Source of the DNA: Paraspadella gotoi
Lineage: Eukaryota; Animalia; Chaetognatha
Direction: 5' to 3'
Assembly: GCA_051294375.1 (NCBI GenBank)
Contig: CM119267.1
Span: forward strand, 11,729,553-11,793,552
Length of the DNA stretch: 64,000 nt
Shown here one piece after another: positions 1 through 18,700 of this stretch (its first letter is position 1; each line of letters starts with the position of its first letter). The position numbers were made by a program, and so were the translations under genes. A model generated the notes under the pieces. That model saw only the letters and a program-made list of their open reading frames with translations, was not told where the DNA came from and searched no databases.

Positions 1-1055
1 CGTCTATTCATTATAAGTAAAATTTATATATTATTATATATTCTTTATTATTTCTGACTCATAGCATTTATTTTGATAACAAAGCTCTCCAACATTATAG
101 TATAATTTATAACCGCAAATGCGAGTTTTAAAAACAAAATATTTATATAAATACTGGTCATGCTGCTAACAAATTAATTACAAAAACCGTTAAATATATT
201 CAGAATCATAGAATAATTAAAGTTTGTATTTCTTTAAACCCTTGTTTATGAACATAATTGACTAATTGTGGAGTTCAGGGCCACATGTAATTCAGCTTCA
301 ATGAATGAAATAATCGTTGTCCGATTTAGCAAAAAAATTGGCGATTTTCTTATTTTTGCTAATCAAGTTAGTTTAATCGTTTTAGCCTACTAAGAGTTAG
401 AAAAAACTAGGTCATTTTTTCGTACTGCTAAACATTTCATTCCGTCTTATATTATAGTCTTATATTTAGTTTGCTTGCCTTGAGGTCAATCAGTTTGTCT
501 GTCTTCCTGCCAGTCTGTCTGTCGGCTCACAAAAAAGGTGAAGCAGGGGAAAGTATTTAAAGAAATGCCAGTAAAATGGAAAAGAAAAGAAAAAAAGGGG
601 TTAGCTATTTGGCCACCGCTGACAAGAACGCTTGGAAGCGTCGATATTTCCAATCAACGCAGATTAAAAGGGAAAAAAATTTTTTTTTCAATTTAGGGGG
701 TAAAAAACAAAAAACAGAGTTTATTAGAACAGAAAAAAGGTAAAATAATAATGCATGAGTGTCCCGGCTTAGAAGATGGGGAGAAGATATTACAGTTCAA
801 TGTGAACTGTCAACATTTGTTTTTGAATCGAGTTTGTAGTACTTTCATACAACATGAATCCCGAAGCGACTCGTCAAGGCGACGTCTTTTTTTCCGACAG
901 TCTGGAGATTCCGTCATTTGTACTTTAGCTGCTCTTTACGAAGCGGCCACTTCTTTGCTTTCATTTCCTTCCATTCTCTCTCTATCTCTCTGTCTCTCTC
1001 TCTGTCTCTCCCCAACTCCAAACTACTCTTCACAAACCCTTCCAACGTAATCTCA

Positions 1056-6378
<5,323 letters not shown>

Positions 6379-6741
6379 TGTTTTTGTTTTGGTGTTTTGT
6401 TTTTTTTACGCGCAAGCGCGCTCTCCGCGTTATTTTTTGTCTACTCTTTTCGTTTTTTGATAAAGGGAAACTGCGTCATTGAAAAACAACAACAGAATAC
6501 AAGTGTACAGGTTTACCGACGAATTTTTAAAAAAACGGTAAAGGCTCGATGTTGGCGATTTCACATTTTGAATGAAAAAAAAATGAGAAAAATCCTTGAT
6601 TAGAAGCTTGACCGACGACCGGGATTTTGGACAATTTTGTTATGTAATTACTATTTATACCTAATGGGCGGGAAAATCCGCGATTTAAAAAATACTGTCA
6701 GAAACGCCCGATTGGACCGCAAGAGAATGAAAGAGAGAGTG

Positions 6742-6802
<61 letters not shown>

Positions 6803-7096
6803 TCTTTTGTTTACGTTCTCGCGTCTTCCAAAGCCCGCCAGAGACGCTGTGGTCATCGGTTCTACGATGCGGTTTTTTGTAGAATTAAAAAGAAGGGACG
6901 ATGCGCAAGAGCAAAATAAAAACGAGAATAATAAAAAGTAACGGAGGACGAATACAACGACGTCGACGGCAGCCTTAGCGGCCGCCGCCGCCGCAGCAGT
7001 TTCGTCGACGAGGAAGCGAACAACAACCGCAACCCCAATACAACGGGTCGATCGTTTCGCGAGAGAAAAGATCGAAAATGAGAGAGAGAGAGAGAG

Positions 7097-7164
<68 letters not shown>

Positions 7165-8932
7165 GAGAGAGAGTAGGGAGAGGACGACCAGAAGGGAAAA
7201 AAGGGGGGGGAGCGACAAAGATCGATCTCGAGGCCGACGACGACGACGACGAACGCGCAATTTCAACTACGACGTCGACGATTACGACGAAAATTTTTTT
7301 TTTCAGGGAAGAGGCGATGATCAACGTTTCTCCCTACGTGATATTTTAGGGCGAGATGAATTGTTATTTTGTTTTTTATCTTCTATTCTTCCTTCTCTTC
7401 CTCCCCCCCCCCAATTTTTTCTCCAACGACCTCGGGACGAATATAAAGGGAGAGAGATGGAGAGAGGAGAGAGTGAAAGGGCGGATGAAGGCGGCGTGAA
7501 GGAGAAGGCTCTAAGGCCTATTCAACTTTTTTGACATCTCATTCCACTATATCTCTCTCTCTCTCTCTCTCTCTCCCTCTCTCCTTTTATCCTTCGAGGG
7601 AGACGCTTTTTACGTCTCCTTAGCAAAGCTTTCCACTCTTTAATCTCACATTTCTTTTAATAAATCCCCTCTCTTGCCCCGAGGCTTCTCAACGACGTTT
7701 CCGGTTATAAAGAGGTATAGCATAATCCTAAAGAATTACCCATTGCCCGACTTCTTGCCCTAACTCAGCGGGGTCATATCGCATTACATCCGTTATTATT
7801 TGAGAAAAATTTTAAATCTCAATGGCGGTCAATCAACGCTACTGTCATCGAGCATCAATAACCAAGCAATTCACCAATCTCCAATCCCCATTCACCAATC
7901 CTCATATGACGTCCCCTTCCCCCTTTCCAATGATCACATCCACCTTTTCCACCTGGCCCCCCTAACCACCTTCCCCTCCGCGATCTCGCGCTCGCCCTTC
8001 ACACGGTTTCGATAAAGTCGGACCAGAATTTTTACGATTAGACGTAGGGGCCTTTTGTTTATCTTCGCCAAGAAAAATATCGCCGGTGGCTTCGGGCCGA
8101 GAAGAGCGTTGCGTTTTTGAAAAAAAAAAAGATTTTAATATAAAAATATATTCTAAATATATAAATAAAATAAATCGATTAATTGTTTAATTTTTATGAA
8201 TAGATATTAAAATTAAAATCATTATGCATGAATTATTTTCTAACAAAATTAATTTCAAATGGTAAATTAGAAAATACAAAAATATATTACAAACGATTGT
8301 ATATGGAGAGTTAATCGTGAGCATCAAAATCAATGATAGCAACGTTTTTAGCCATCGATCGACTGCGGTAGATTCGCTCCCGAGAAAAAAAATATTTCGA
8401 GATAAGAAAAAATAACAAGAAAAAGAAAAACAAAAGTTTTAATTCGTATTCTTGGCTTTAGTAGCGATGCCGTTTAACTTTTATTACGATCTCAAGTTTT
8501 TAAACAAAATCAGAAGTAATAACTTGGAAATCGACTAAGGTTCATTTTTTTATATTTGAGTCTTTGATGATTAAAGGTAGATTTTTCTATAAAGATTATT
8601 TAATATAATTTTAATTTTTTTTATATTTCATAATGTTAATTTATAAAAAAATATTACAGATTGGCAAAGTTTTGACTTTTTACAACTCTAATACAATTCG
8701 AAACAACGAAAAACAAAGGAATATACACTGTCTAAAAAAATATTGAAACCTTGTTTCTGAAGCTAAAAGTACAGGGTGGAATATTCATTCACTGATCACT
8801 TTACAGTTGTTCTTAATCAAATATGCAGACATCACTCCACACCCAAATTTACTTTGACAACTGATTTAAAATTCCTACCATTAGACATGAATACATACAA
8901 TTGATCTTATAACCAACTAAGTGATCTCCGGC

Positions 8933-10391
8933 TCACGAGATCGGAGGCTCCAACTTCTTCGGTGATTTGGCCCGGGATATTCTCATCCCGTGGCCCCCAA
9001 ACGTTTTTGGGTATTTCATCCCGTCAATTTCCGGCCAATCTCCGCCTGCCTCCCCCCCGCCCACTTTCAACGCCAACTTATTCGGGAATTTAGCTCTCGT
9101 TATCTTCTTTTCCCCAAATCTTAAGAAAGTCCCGGCGTTGTTCTTCTGTTTCTCGATGAATTCGTCGTCTTCGACCGTCGCGCCGTCTTCCGTCTTCCAT
9201 GTTCGATGGGACGAGTTGCGAATGGAGTCAGGAACAGAAGACAAAAGTTCCTGGAAAGAGAGAAATTTACAATTATTCTTTGTCACATATATTATTATTA
9301 GTTCTTAAAGTGTGACACCAATACACAGACTTTTCACTTCACCCGGAGATATACATTAAAATCATGTAGTGTAACTCTCAAAAATATCAGTACGGAGATT
9401 TAGACACTATCTTTCGTTCTTTTTTTCGTTTTTACTATCATTCTTCTTTCCTCTTTCTATCTAACCATTTTTATTGTCATCTTTTCCCTTACCCAAAACT
9501 TTTTAAAATCTTTAAAAGAGTTTTCCAATTGCTTTTCCAAGTCCGTCCCGAGTTCGATTCCTTCTTCTATTTCTTTCTCCAGAGAAAAAATATCTGTAAA
9601 AAAGCGTAATTTAAAAGCAAAGATTATTATACCTTATGGACGCGAAAATGATTAACTCCGGCTTAGCCTTTTAGCAGCAAAAACATCTCCTATCAAGGTG
9701 CTGTTCAAAATAATTTGTTCATAATTTTCTTACTAACCCTTTCGTCGAATGGCCTTGTATTCGCGCTTCAAGTCAACGGAGTTGCTCGGCGGCGCTGCAA
9801 ACAAAAAGCAACTTATTTATGTTATCTTTTGAGTTATTTGCTTTTCAGGTTTTACCCCATATATTACATCAGTTTCATACATATAGATGATTCATAGGCC
9901 TTAATATACAGAAGCAAAGATTATATAAAATGACTATCGTCAGAAGTGCCGCTGGCGCATTTTTGCGCATCATTTTTGGGACTTAAGTCTTAACAATGAT
10001 AAATTTGTTGAGAAAAAATACATTTGCATCTCCTGTAACCAGAGGAAAATCTAGTTTTTGAGCTACAATAAAAAAGAAATATTGCTTTTTGTACTATTTT
10101 AATATTTTTCTTATTTGAAAGATTGTTTTTCGGTTTTTTGTTAGACTTACCCTTTGACCTTACACTACCTATATTTTAAAAAAATTTTTTATTATTTTCC
10201 ATACAGTGAATATTTAAAAAAGCCTTATTCTTTGGTTCAAATTCCTTATTATTTTTCGGCCGATAGAAGTAATAGGATAAATAATTTTTTTCATTTCGAA
10301 TTGACAAAAAATGAGACTTACCCAAAATCGTCAAAAACAAAATTATTCCTAACCAATTCAACATTTTGGAAGCTGCGAAAGACGATTCCAT
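8933..10391 (-). CDS. Secreted prohormone-like protein with FLRFG motif (candidate RFamide neuropeptide precursor)
   Basis: Exons 10391-10322, 9794-9738, 9593-9493 and 9250-8933 join with GT-AG sites and matching phases: MESSFAASKMLNWLGIILFLTILAPPSNS (signal-peptide-like), then VDLKREYKAIRRKDIFSLEKEIEEG...KQKNNAGTFLRFGEKK... Confidence 0.6.
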
Positions 10392-11172
10392 GTACTATAT
10401 TGCAATAAAAGAAAATTTGAGAATAAGAAGATTTAAAAATGGAAAAAAAATACTACGTATAGAGAGAAATAAAAAGTGGGATCGAGCTGATTGACGAGTA
10501 GTCGAGATCTTAAAGATTTGATTTTTGAAATGAAATGTTTATTTTTCTCAATTTGGTGAGTTTACAATTGAGATTGGTTTAAAAAAAAATAAAAAGAAAG
10601 TGGAAAAGAAAAGGAAAAAAAGGAATAAAAAGATTTCTGGATGCCGAAAAATTAAACGTATGTGGCGGTATATTCACACCGCCTCACGTCCACTATCCTT
10701 CAGCCAAATCCATTGGCTCAGAGGGGGAACACATCACCATCCCAGGCGTAGTGTTCCATCCACAGTACTAACGACATCTCTCTGGGTTGGCAAAGCGAGA
10801 CTGTCCTAGGGTAACCGCGCCAATGACTGGAAGCGTCACTGATGGTCGGAAACCCAAAACAACAGTGAGATGCCCCATCCCAATGGGCATCATAGGCAAC
10901 CCGGCTGTTGCCATACGTATTTCAAAAATATCTTGAGATAATCCAAGAGAGTTAAAAAAGAATACTATCCTTGATCGTCGGTCAGTCAAAAAAAAAAGTG
11001 TAATAATAATCCCCGAAGTTAAAAAACGATCATAGATTAAATCCAAACACTGCAGAAATTAATTAAGTGTCAGGGTCCGTACTTCTAACCCTAAAAATCT
11101 CGGGTCAGGTTCTCACTATTAGGTTTTTTCACTTTATTTTCAAATCGACGAGAATCCAAAAGGCAGCGGAGG

Positions 11173-14100
11173 ATGGAGTTCGAGGTGGGCGACCTCGTCT
11201 TCTCCTCCAAATTCGACTCGGGAAATTTGGCCGCCGTGGAAAGGGTCGTCGCTCATATTGACCGATGGTGAATCGTTCACAATTTCGTCACTAAACCTAA
11301 ATTTCTGTCTCTCAGGTAGACTACGAAAGGGAAGACTGCTACAGATTCAATCGAAATAATCACCTCAAGGCGGATCAAGAATTTAACGTCTGGACCAGAC
11401 GGGTTAGCGCTTTATTTAAGGGTTTTTTTTTTCCTTGAAATTTTGACGAAGTGATCGAGCTCAATGCTCTTCCAGGACTGCGCCGACACGCCCTTCGAGA
11501 ATCGTTTCCGCAGTTGGTTCCATTTTTGCGTGAGAGGCGCCGTCGGTGGCACAACCATTCGCATCAATGTTATCAATTTGAATCAACAGGAGACGTTGTA
11601 CGTTCAAGGTGCGATCAAATGCGGATACTTCGTGAATCCGCCTCTCCTTCCTCTCGTCCTTTTTCTCTCCCTAACATTCTAACTTTACAGGCATGTCGCC
11701 CCTCTGGCGCGTATTGCCCAATCGGCCCGAATGGCACCGTGTGAACAGTCGTCCCGGGTTCGAGACCGTCGACGGGCAATTCATCCTCAGCTTCTTCCAC
11801 AAATTCGTTGAGGTCGACGACGGCGGCGTTACCTTCTTTGCCTTTTGTTATCCTTGGTCTTACGAAGAGTCGCAGGTCAGGGGGGCGGAGAAATGAGGAC
11901 GAGGATAAGGATGACGACGATAATGACGACGTCGACGACAATGATTTGAAGTGAAAAAAAAACACCATTCTCTAAAAACAAGAACGATGACTCAAATGTG
12001 TTGCGCCGCAGTGACTGCCTTATCAGGTGTATTTCTCGTGACATGACGTGACATGAGATGACTTGATGTGACATGACTTGACTACTTGACTATAATAACT
12101 ATTTATAATGTATTTATGATACACACTGTATCGGAATTCCGTAGTTTTAGGATTTCCAGAAGGCGGCGCTAGTAGTCACTTTAATTGGAGGATTTTCACT
12201 TCTTAACAAATGAGCATTGAGCAACCAACATTATGCAAGTATATGAGCATTTTTAGCGTAAGTGAGACAGACCGACGGACAGACATACCGACGGACCGAC
12301 AGACCGACCGAAAAGTGACTTATAGAGTTGCTCCGCGAGTACTACTAAAAATGGAAACTATCTATCACGTCCGAAAAATAGCAACCCCAACCAAAACCAA
12401 TAAAAAATTCTCATGAAATCAAACAATAAAAACTAAGAAAGAACGTTTCAACAGAACTGCAATCCTCCCACTTCCTACGTAGACGGAAACTGAGACCACC
12501 AACCGGCTACAAAACCCACGTTAACTTTTCAGAATCTACTCCGGGAGGTTGACGATCGATTCGCCGATTCCCCGGCCAGATTTCCGGACGCGGCGTTGGA
12601 AAAGAAGCCGAATCGGGCGAGGAAGGAGCAGGTGACGCGAGAGGCGAGACGTGCTCCTTGTATTGTTTATTTTTGAGAAGCTAATGAACGGATTAAGATA
12701 AATGACCATGTGAATGAATGAATAAATGAATTAATCAATGTAATAATGCATCCATTTAACGATCCATTCGAGTCGATTTCGATTTTTGATTGCTTTTTTT
12801 TATGTTCATACACTATCTACTGAATATTATTTTTGTCTAACTGCTTGGATCAATTTCCAGAAACAGGCTCTGTCCGAGATTCCGCCCGGGACAATCTACT
12901 ATCATCGAGAGGTCATCTGCTACTCGCTGGACGGACTAAGGATCGACCTCTTGACAGGTTTGATTAATTCTATGAGTATTATAAGTGTTATTTAAGTCCG
13001 ATTTCTCCAACCTCTCGCAGTGAGTTCCTGCGACGGGATGTTGGTGGAACGCGAGCCTCGTCTACCCCGCCTTTTTCCCGACATCGAAACTCCTCGTCCG
13101 CATCTCTTCAAGGCGAAGAGGGTCTACTTGGTCACCTCCAGGGTCAGTCGTCTGGACTGAGGAAACGGGACATGACTTTTTTATCCACGTGACTTGTCTC
13201 GCTTCTCGATAGATCGACATAACAAACTTGGCTGTGACTCGCCCTTATCGGGTCCCCGCCTGACCCCCCTTCCACATCCCTCCGCCTCTTTTTTAGGTCC
13301 ATCCGGGCGAGACCCCCTCTTCCTTCGTCTTCAACGGTTTCCTCAACTTCATCCTCGACGAAGAGGACCCTCGCGCTCGACTCCTTCGTCGACTCTTCGT
13401 CTTCAAACTCATCCCGATGCTTAATCCCGACGGAGTGCGGAGGGGCCACTTCCGAACGGGTCCAGTTTGAGCTTTGGTTGCTTTTCGTTTAGTGTACTAC
13501 GTGAGGGAGAAATGAAAGAGAGATACCAAATGGAAGTGCAATCACACATTCACACTTATTCTTGTATTAATATTGGGGTATTTGTTGTCATTCTTAATGT
13601 TTTATTATTTCTTCCTGTTCCTTTTTATATATTTTGATTTAACAAGGAAATATTTTAATTCTAAGTTTTTTATTCAATTATTTCGTACATTTTTTATCAT
13701 TTTCGTCTTCACCCCATTTTGATCAGTCAAATTTAATTCCTCCACCCGACTAAAACAAAAGACCCCCGCGGTTTGGACTTGAACCGCGTGTACCTCGCCC
13801 CCGACTTGGACTTGCACCCTTCCGTCTTCGCCTCAAAGAGTCTCGTCCTCTACCACCACCGGGCCAACCGCCTCCCCAGGGACGTCAAGAACAAGATTCT
13901 GTGGGCGATCCGCAAGGAGCAGGAACTCGCCAGAAAGGAAGAAGCGGCAAGGCGGTTTTTGGGTGACTTGGTTCAGCCCGACATGCGCGCACATTTGGCA
14001 CGCAACTGGATATATTTTTAAACACATAGATATTCGTGAGCGTCATTTGTTAACCTTGATTTAATAACTCAACTGCTTAACTCTTCTGAAGAAATTATCC

Positions 14101-15725
14101 TAGCAGCCGATGAAGCAGTGCTTGTAATCTCCCCCTTTACTTCAGAGCGTCGGAAAAAGATCGAAAAGGAGAACAAGGAGGAAGAAACCGTCCAGGATGA
14201 TATTGAGAAGTCCGAGGATCGCGCTCAGATTGAGAAGGAATTATTGTAAAGCTAATCGAGAAAAAAAGCTAAATATATTAATTTTACTAAATTTTTTTAT
14301 TCATTTGTTCATATGAATCAGCGTCGACTGGTCGAGGAGCGAGGAAGAGAGACGAAAAAGTATCGATAGGTGGAAACGATGGCAGAGGGAGCAAGCGAAT
14401 CCGGTAAAACATAAACGTAAACGAACTCTGTAAATCAGTTCGAATTATTTCTTTCCCGTTTCCCCCAGGCAGCCATGTTCGTCCAAGCGGCGCAGCGGGA
14501 ATTCGCGCCCGCGATCCCGAAGCCGATCGTTCCGTGGCGCCGCGAAGAAGAGCATTCCGACGAAGAGAAAGAGGAAGAAGACGGGATCAAGGAAAAGGAA
14601 GAGGAGTCTTCAGAAAAGAAAGAGGTGGGGACGTCGTCGACTTCCGTCGTTGAAGCTACAATTTCGAACTCACTTTTTTAGGTCACCCTCCGTTCCTTTT
14701 CCTTGACGACTTCGTTTGACATTGCTATTTTTGATTAATGTTAATACGTACACATAACAAATATAACAAAAGTAATACTCAAAAGGCAAAAGCATAACAA
14801 ATAATAAACGGACGTTAACGAGTAAGAATATTTGGATAGATGGCCCGAGTTGACAGCCCCCCAAAAAATGTATAAGGTTTAAACTGAGAAGTACAGACGT
14901 TAATTACGATATTACTGTACGTCAAAGGTCAACAAGTTCGATTTCGACACCGAAACCGTGGGCAACGTCTTCAAACTTCTCTTCGGCGGAGACGACGACG
15001 AAGACGATGAGAAGGACGAACCCGAGGACGACGAAAGTATCGAAGCCGTCATCGGGAAGAGCGGACAGGATCTCCTGAAGCTCGTTCTCGACAGTTTCGA
15101 CGCCGATCTCGAGGACGATAAAGACGACGACGACGACGACGACGACGACGAAAAGGGGAACCAAGTCGAAGAAGGAGAATTAGATCGTATGAAAGTCTTG
15201 AAGTTACTCCGTGATCTAGAAGAAGCGGGAAAGAATTCGCCTAATATTTGTGACAACGAAAGCCGAGATGAGAAGGGCGAAACGGAGCGAGAAAATACGA
15301 ACGAGATCGATACGAAGCGACGAGCCGAAGAGGAACAGCCAACCGGCTTGGGGGCACACGTCGAAACCCCAGCCGCCGCTGGCGAATCTAGCGAAGACGA
15401 ACCCTGCAGCGACGAAGACGTGTATTCGTCTCAATGGACAGACAGCAACGACGAAGGCGACGACAAAGTCATCGAGGAAAAAGACGACGAAAAAAAGGAC
15501 GTCGCCTTTCGGAGATTTCGAGAGATACTCGCGTTAATGGCCGGAGATGAGGGAGATAACTCTTTGGCTCGAAATGGTGGAGGTACTTGATGAAAATTGA
15601 AATAAACGCAAAAAAGAACAAATAAAAGAGAATTATAAGAGTTAAATATATTGGTTGTACCAATTTCATAAGGATGAAAGTCTGCTTACTTTAAAGAAAA
15701 GAAGACAAACGATGTAATAATAATG

Positions 15726-15795
<70 letters not shown>

Positions 15796-18700
15796 TAAAA
15801 GTTGTATTTTCAATATGTTCGATATGAGAAAGACGTAACAAAACTCGCGATTTTCCTCAGAAATTCGTCTCTCCAAAAGTCTACCTCACTTGCCGACGCA
15901 ACCCATTCCGTTCGTCCTCCTCGAGCGAAAGTCTTTGACGGCGCTGGCCGACGCGGATCCAAGAGCGGAGGATCAGCAGGAGCCACAGGAGACGGAGCAG
16001 CGTTCCGTGGATTCCGAAGACGAAGTCGCCTCCGTCTCGGCGAGCGTGGCTTCGACACCGGAGCCGGAGCCGCCGCTGGAGGCAATGCCGACAACTCGGG
16101 AGGGCGCCATCGACGTCAGGCTGTTGAGGAAGTTGAGGGCGGAGGTGAGAGACTGTTTGGCGTGAGTTTGATTGAAATCACTAAAAACATCCCGAGCATC
16201 TTTTATAATACCATTGGAGTTTAAATTAGAAAAGAAAAAAACCTATCCAGTTTCTGCGCCAACAAACATCGAGAAGGGAATTCAGCGCTCATCTTTTGCT
16301 TTCATCGTCATTAAGGCGGAGTCGCTACGCCATCTCGAGCTTCCGCCCAACATCGATCCTCTTCTCTTCCTCACGACGCCCGATCAGCCTTCGTACGAAT
16401 CCGCGACGAAACCGTCGACGACGACGATGGCAAAGGTGTCCAATAAGGCGGCGACGACGCCGCTCACGGTTCGCGGAAAGGTGAGTAAAATAAAGTCAGG
16501 ATAAATTAAATTAATAGAAGTCTTAGGTTAAAAGAAAGAAAAAGTTTGATAAAATATTGTAGAACTTCAAATGCAATGATTTTAATAAACTAAATCCTGT
16601 TTTATACTCATTTGCAAATCGCAGTTCGTTAAAATATGTTTTCTTAAGCTCTCTTGTTTTGTTTCGATCAACAGTAGTTTTGGTGATGAACTTTCTTGGT
16701 TGTAATTGTTCCATACTCTATGATATTGGTTAACCGTACTTTTATTGTGTTTATTATTAGTTGTAAAATGTTCATTTTGTAGTTTTTTTTATTTGTTTGT
16801 TTATTGTTTTATGTTTTAGTGTTTTTAAACGTTTTTCTTTCTTTTTCCCTTGATGTTTATTTGTGTTTGTTTTGTTGCGGATTTTACTATTACATTTTGG
16901 TTTTGAATTTTACAGTTTAATTTTAATTAAGCTTTCGGCATCAGTTTCTCGTCAGTTTCTTCAATCATTCTAGCTATTATTGGTTCGCCTTTATGGTGGA
17001 CTAAAATCCACTAACCGTTCTTCGGCGGCCATTGGTGCAGGAGGCAAGTCATTCACCTCCCAACCCAAAACTCCGAGGTTCTAACGCGGTGTTCGCCTCG
17101 CAGTTAAGAGTGACGGGGTGCTTAACCCCCCTGTAACGCGGTGTTACAACCTGATCCGAAGCTCAGGGACTGCTTAACGCTTCTGTCACTAACTCATAAA
17201 AATTATTACTTTCTCTTCACCTTCTATCAGAAAAAAAATTTTGCAAAACTTTGGTGTCACAGAGTGAAAAAAAGTACCTGTCATTTCAGCAAGTAACAAG
17301 AACCGCTAAGATGCCTCCGCCCGTTCGACGAAGGATGGTTCCGCCGCCAGTCGCCGTAAAGTCTTTGACACAAACGGACGACAAATTGGACTCGTCAGTG
17401 ATCGCGTCGGCGGCGACGGAAGAAAATACGAACGCAACATCTACGGACGAAACGAGCAGACCATCTTGGGAAACAACGTCAGAGAACATGACCGCCACGA
17501 TCGAAGATGAGCAACCTTCGATGCCCACCGAAGACATCGTCACGACGACCGCATCGACCACAGCGACGACGACAGAGATAACGAAGACGGAAGTCTCAAC
17601 GACGGAATTGCCGAAAAAAGAGATGGCGTCGGCGTCGGCGTCCAAGACCGGAAAATCCACTGACAAGTTGCCCACTTATCGGACGGAAACTTTGCGGGGG
17701 ATAAATCTTCCGCATTGGGAAGGTATTGCAGTCGTTAAACCGTATGTTTGGATCGATTTCGGTAGAATGAAAAAAATATATATATATAGAAAAAATGAAT
17801 TAATGACAAACGTTTGCAAAAGTTAAGTTTCGGTAATCCTTTTTTGTAGTGTCTTGAATATTAAAAAAATATGTCTCTCTCTCTCTCTCTCTCAGAATCC
17901 CTCCGCATTCCCGCCGACGAGTCCGGGATCGCCTTCTTTGTCGATCTCCATGCCCACGCGTCCAAGCGGGGATGCTTCCTCTTCGGCAACCGCCTCTACT
18001 CGGAGGAGCAGCACGTGGACAATCTACTCTTCGCTAAATTAATGTCGCTCAACACGCAGCATCTTGACTTCTCGGTAAGTTAGACGTTGATTGAATTGGT
18101 TGTGGAATCTTGAAAGAATCTTTGGAACGATTAAATCAAAACAATAATGACTTATTGACTACGTTCGGTCGATCAAGTAGTGGCGAGGTTTTGAAACAAA
18201 AGGTACGCAGTTGACAGGATTCGAACCTGTGCACGGAGACCGTAACTGATTTCTAGTCAGTCGCCTTAACCGCTCGGCCACAACTGCTCCTATTTCCTTT
18301 CTCGTGTGATAGGCGAGGATACTCACCACTATACTACTATAATTTTCTGTTAAATAGATCTACAATTTTTCACTTTTTTTTCTAAAAAAATCTACAAAAA
18401 ATATACAAAATTGACAAAATTAAGGGCTTAAAAAATGAAAGTACGGAACAAATATTTCTTCATTATTTTTAGACTATCACTATGTAACATTGACAACATT
18501 TAATAAAACACCACGGCGCCAATTTTCTTTAAAATATATTGCCGAAACCCGGGATTGAACCAGGGACCTTTAGATCTTCAGTCTAACGCTCTCCCAACTG
18601 AGCTATTTCGGCTTCCGTTAGTGTAGTTAGCTACTACAGTTTTGACTTTCGCACTAAAACTGCATGTTTTTATATTTTAGTATCATTGATTCATTGATCG

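Noticed and set aside
18613-18660. Possible tRNA-Val-like fragment next to tRNA-Phe
   Set aside because: Only a short TTCCGTTAGTGTAGT resemblance, with no arms or B box.
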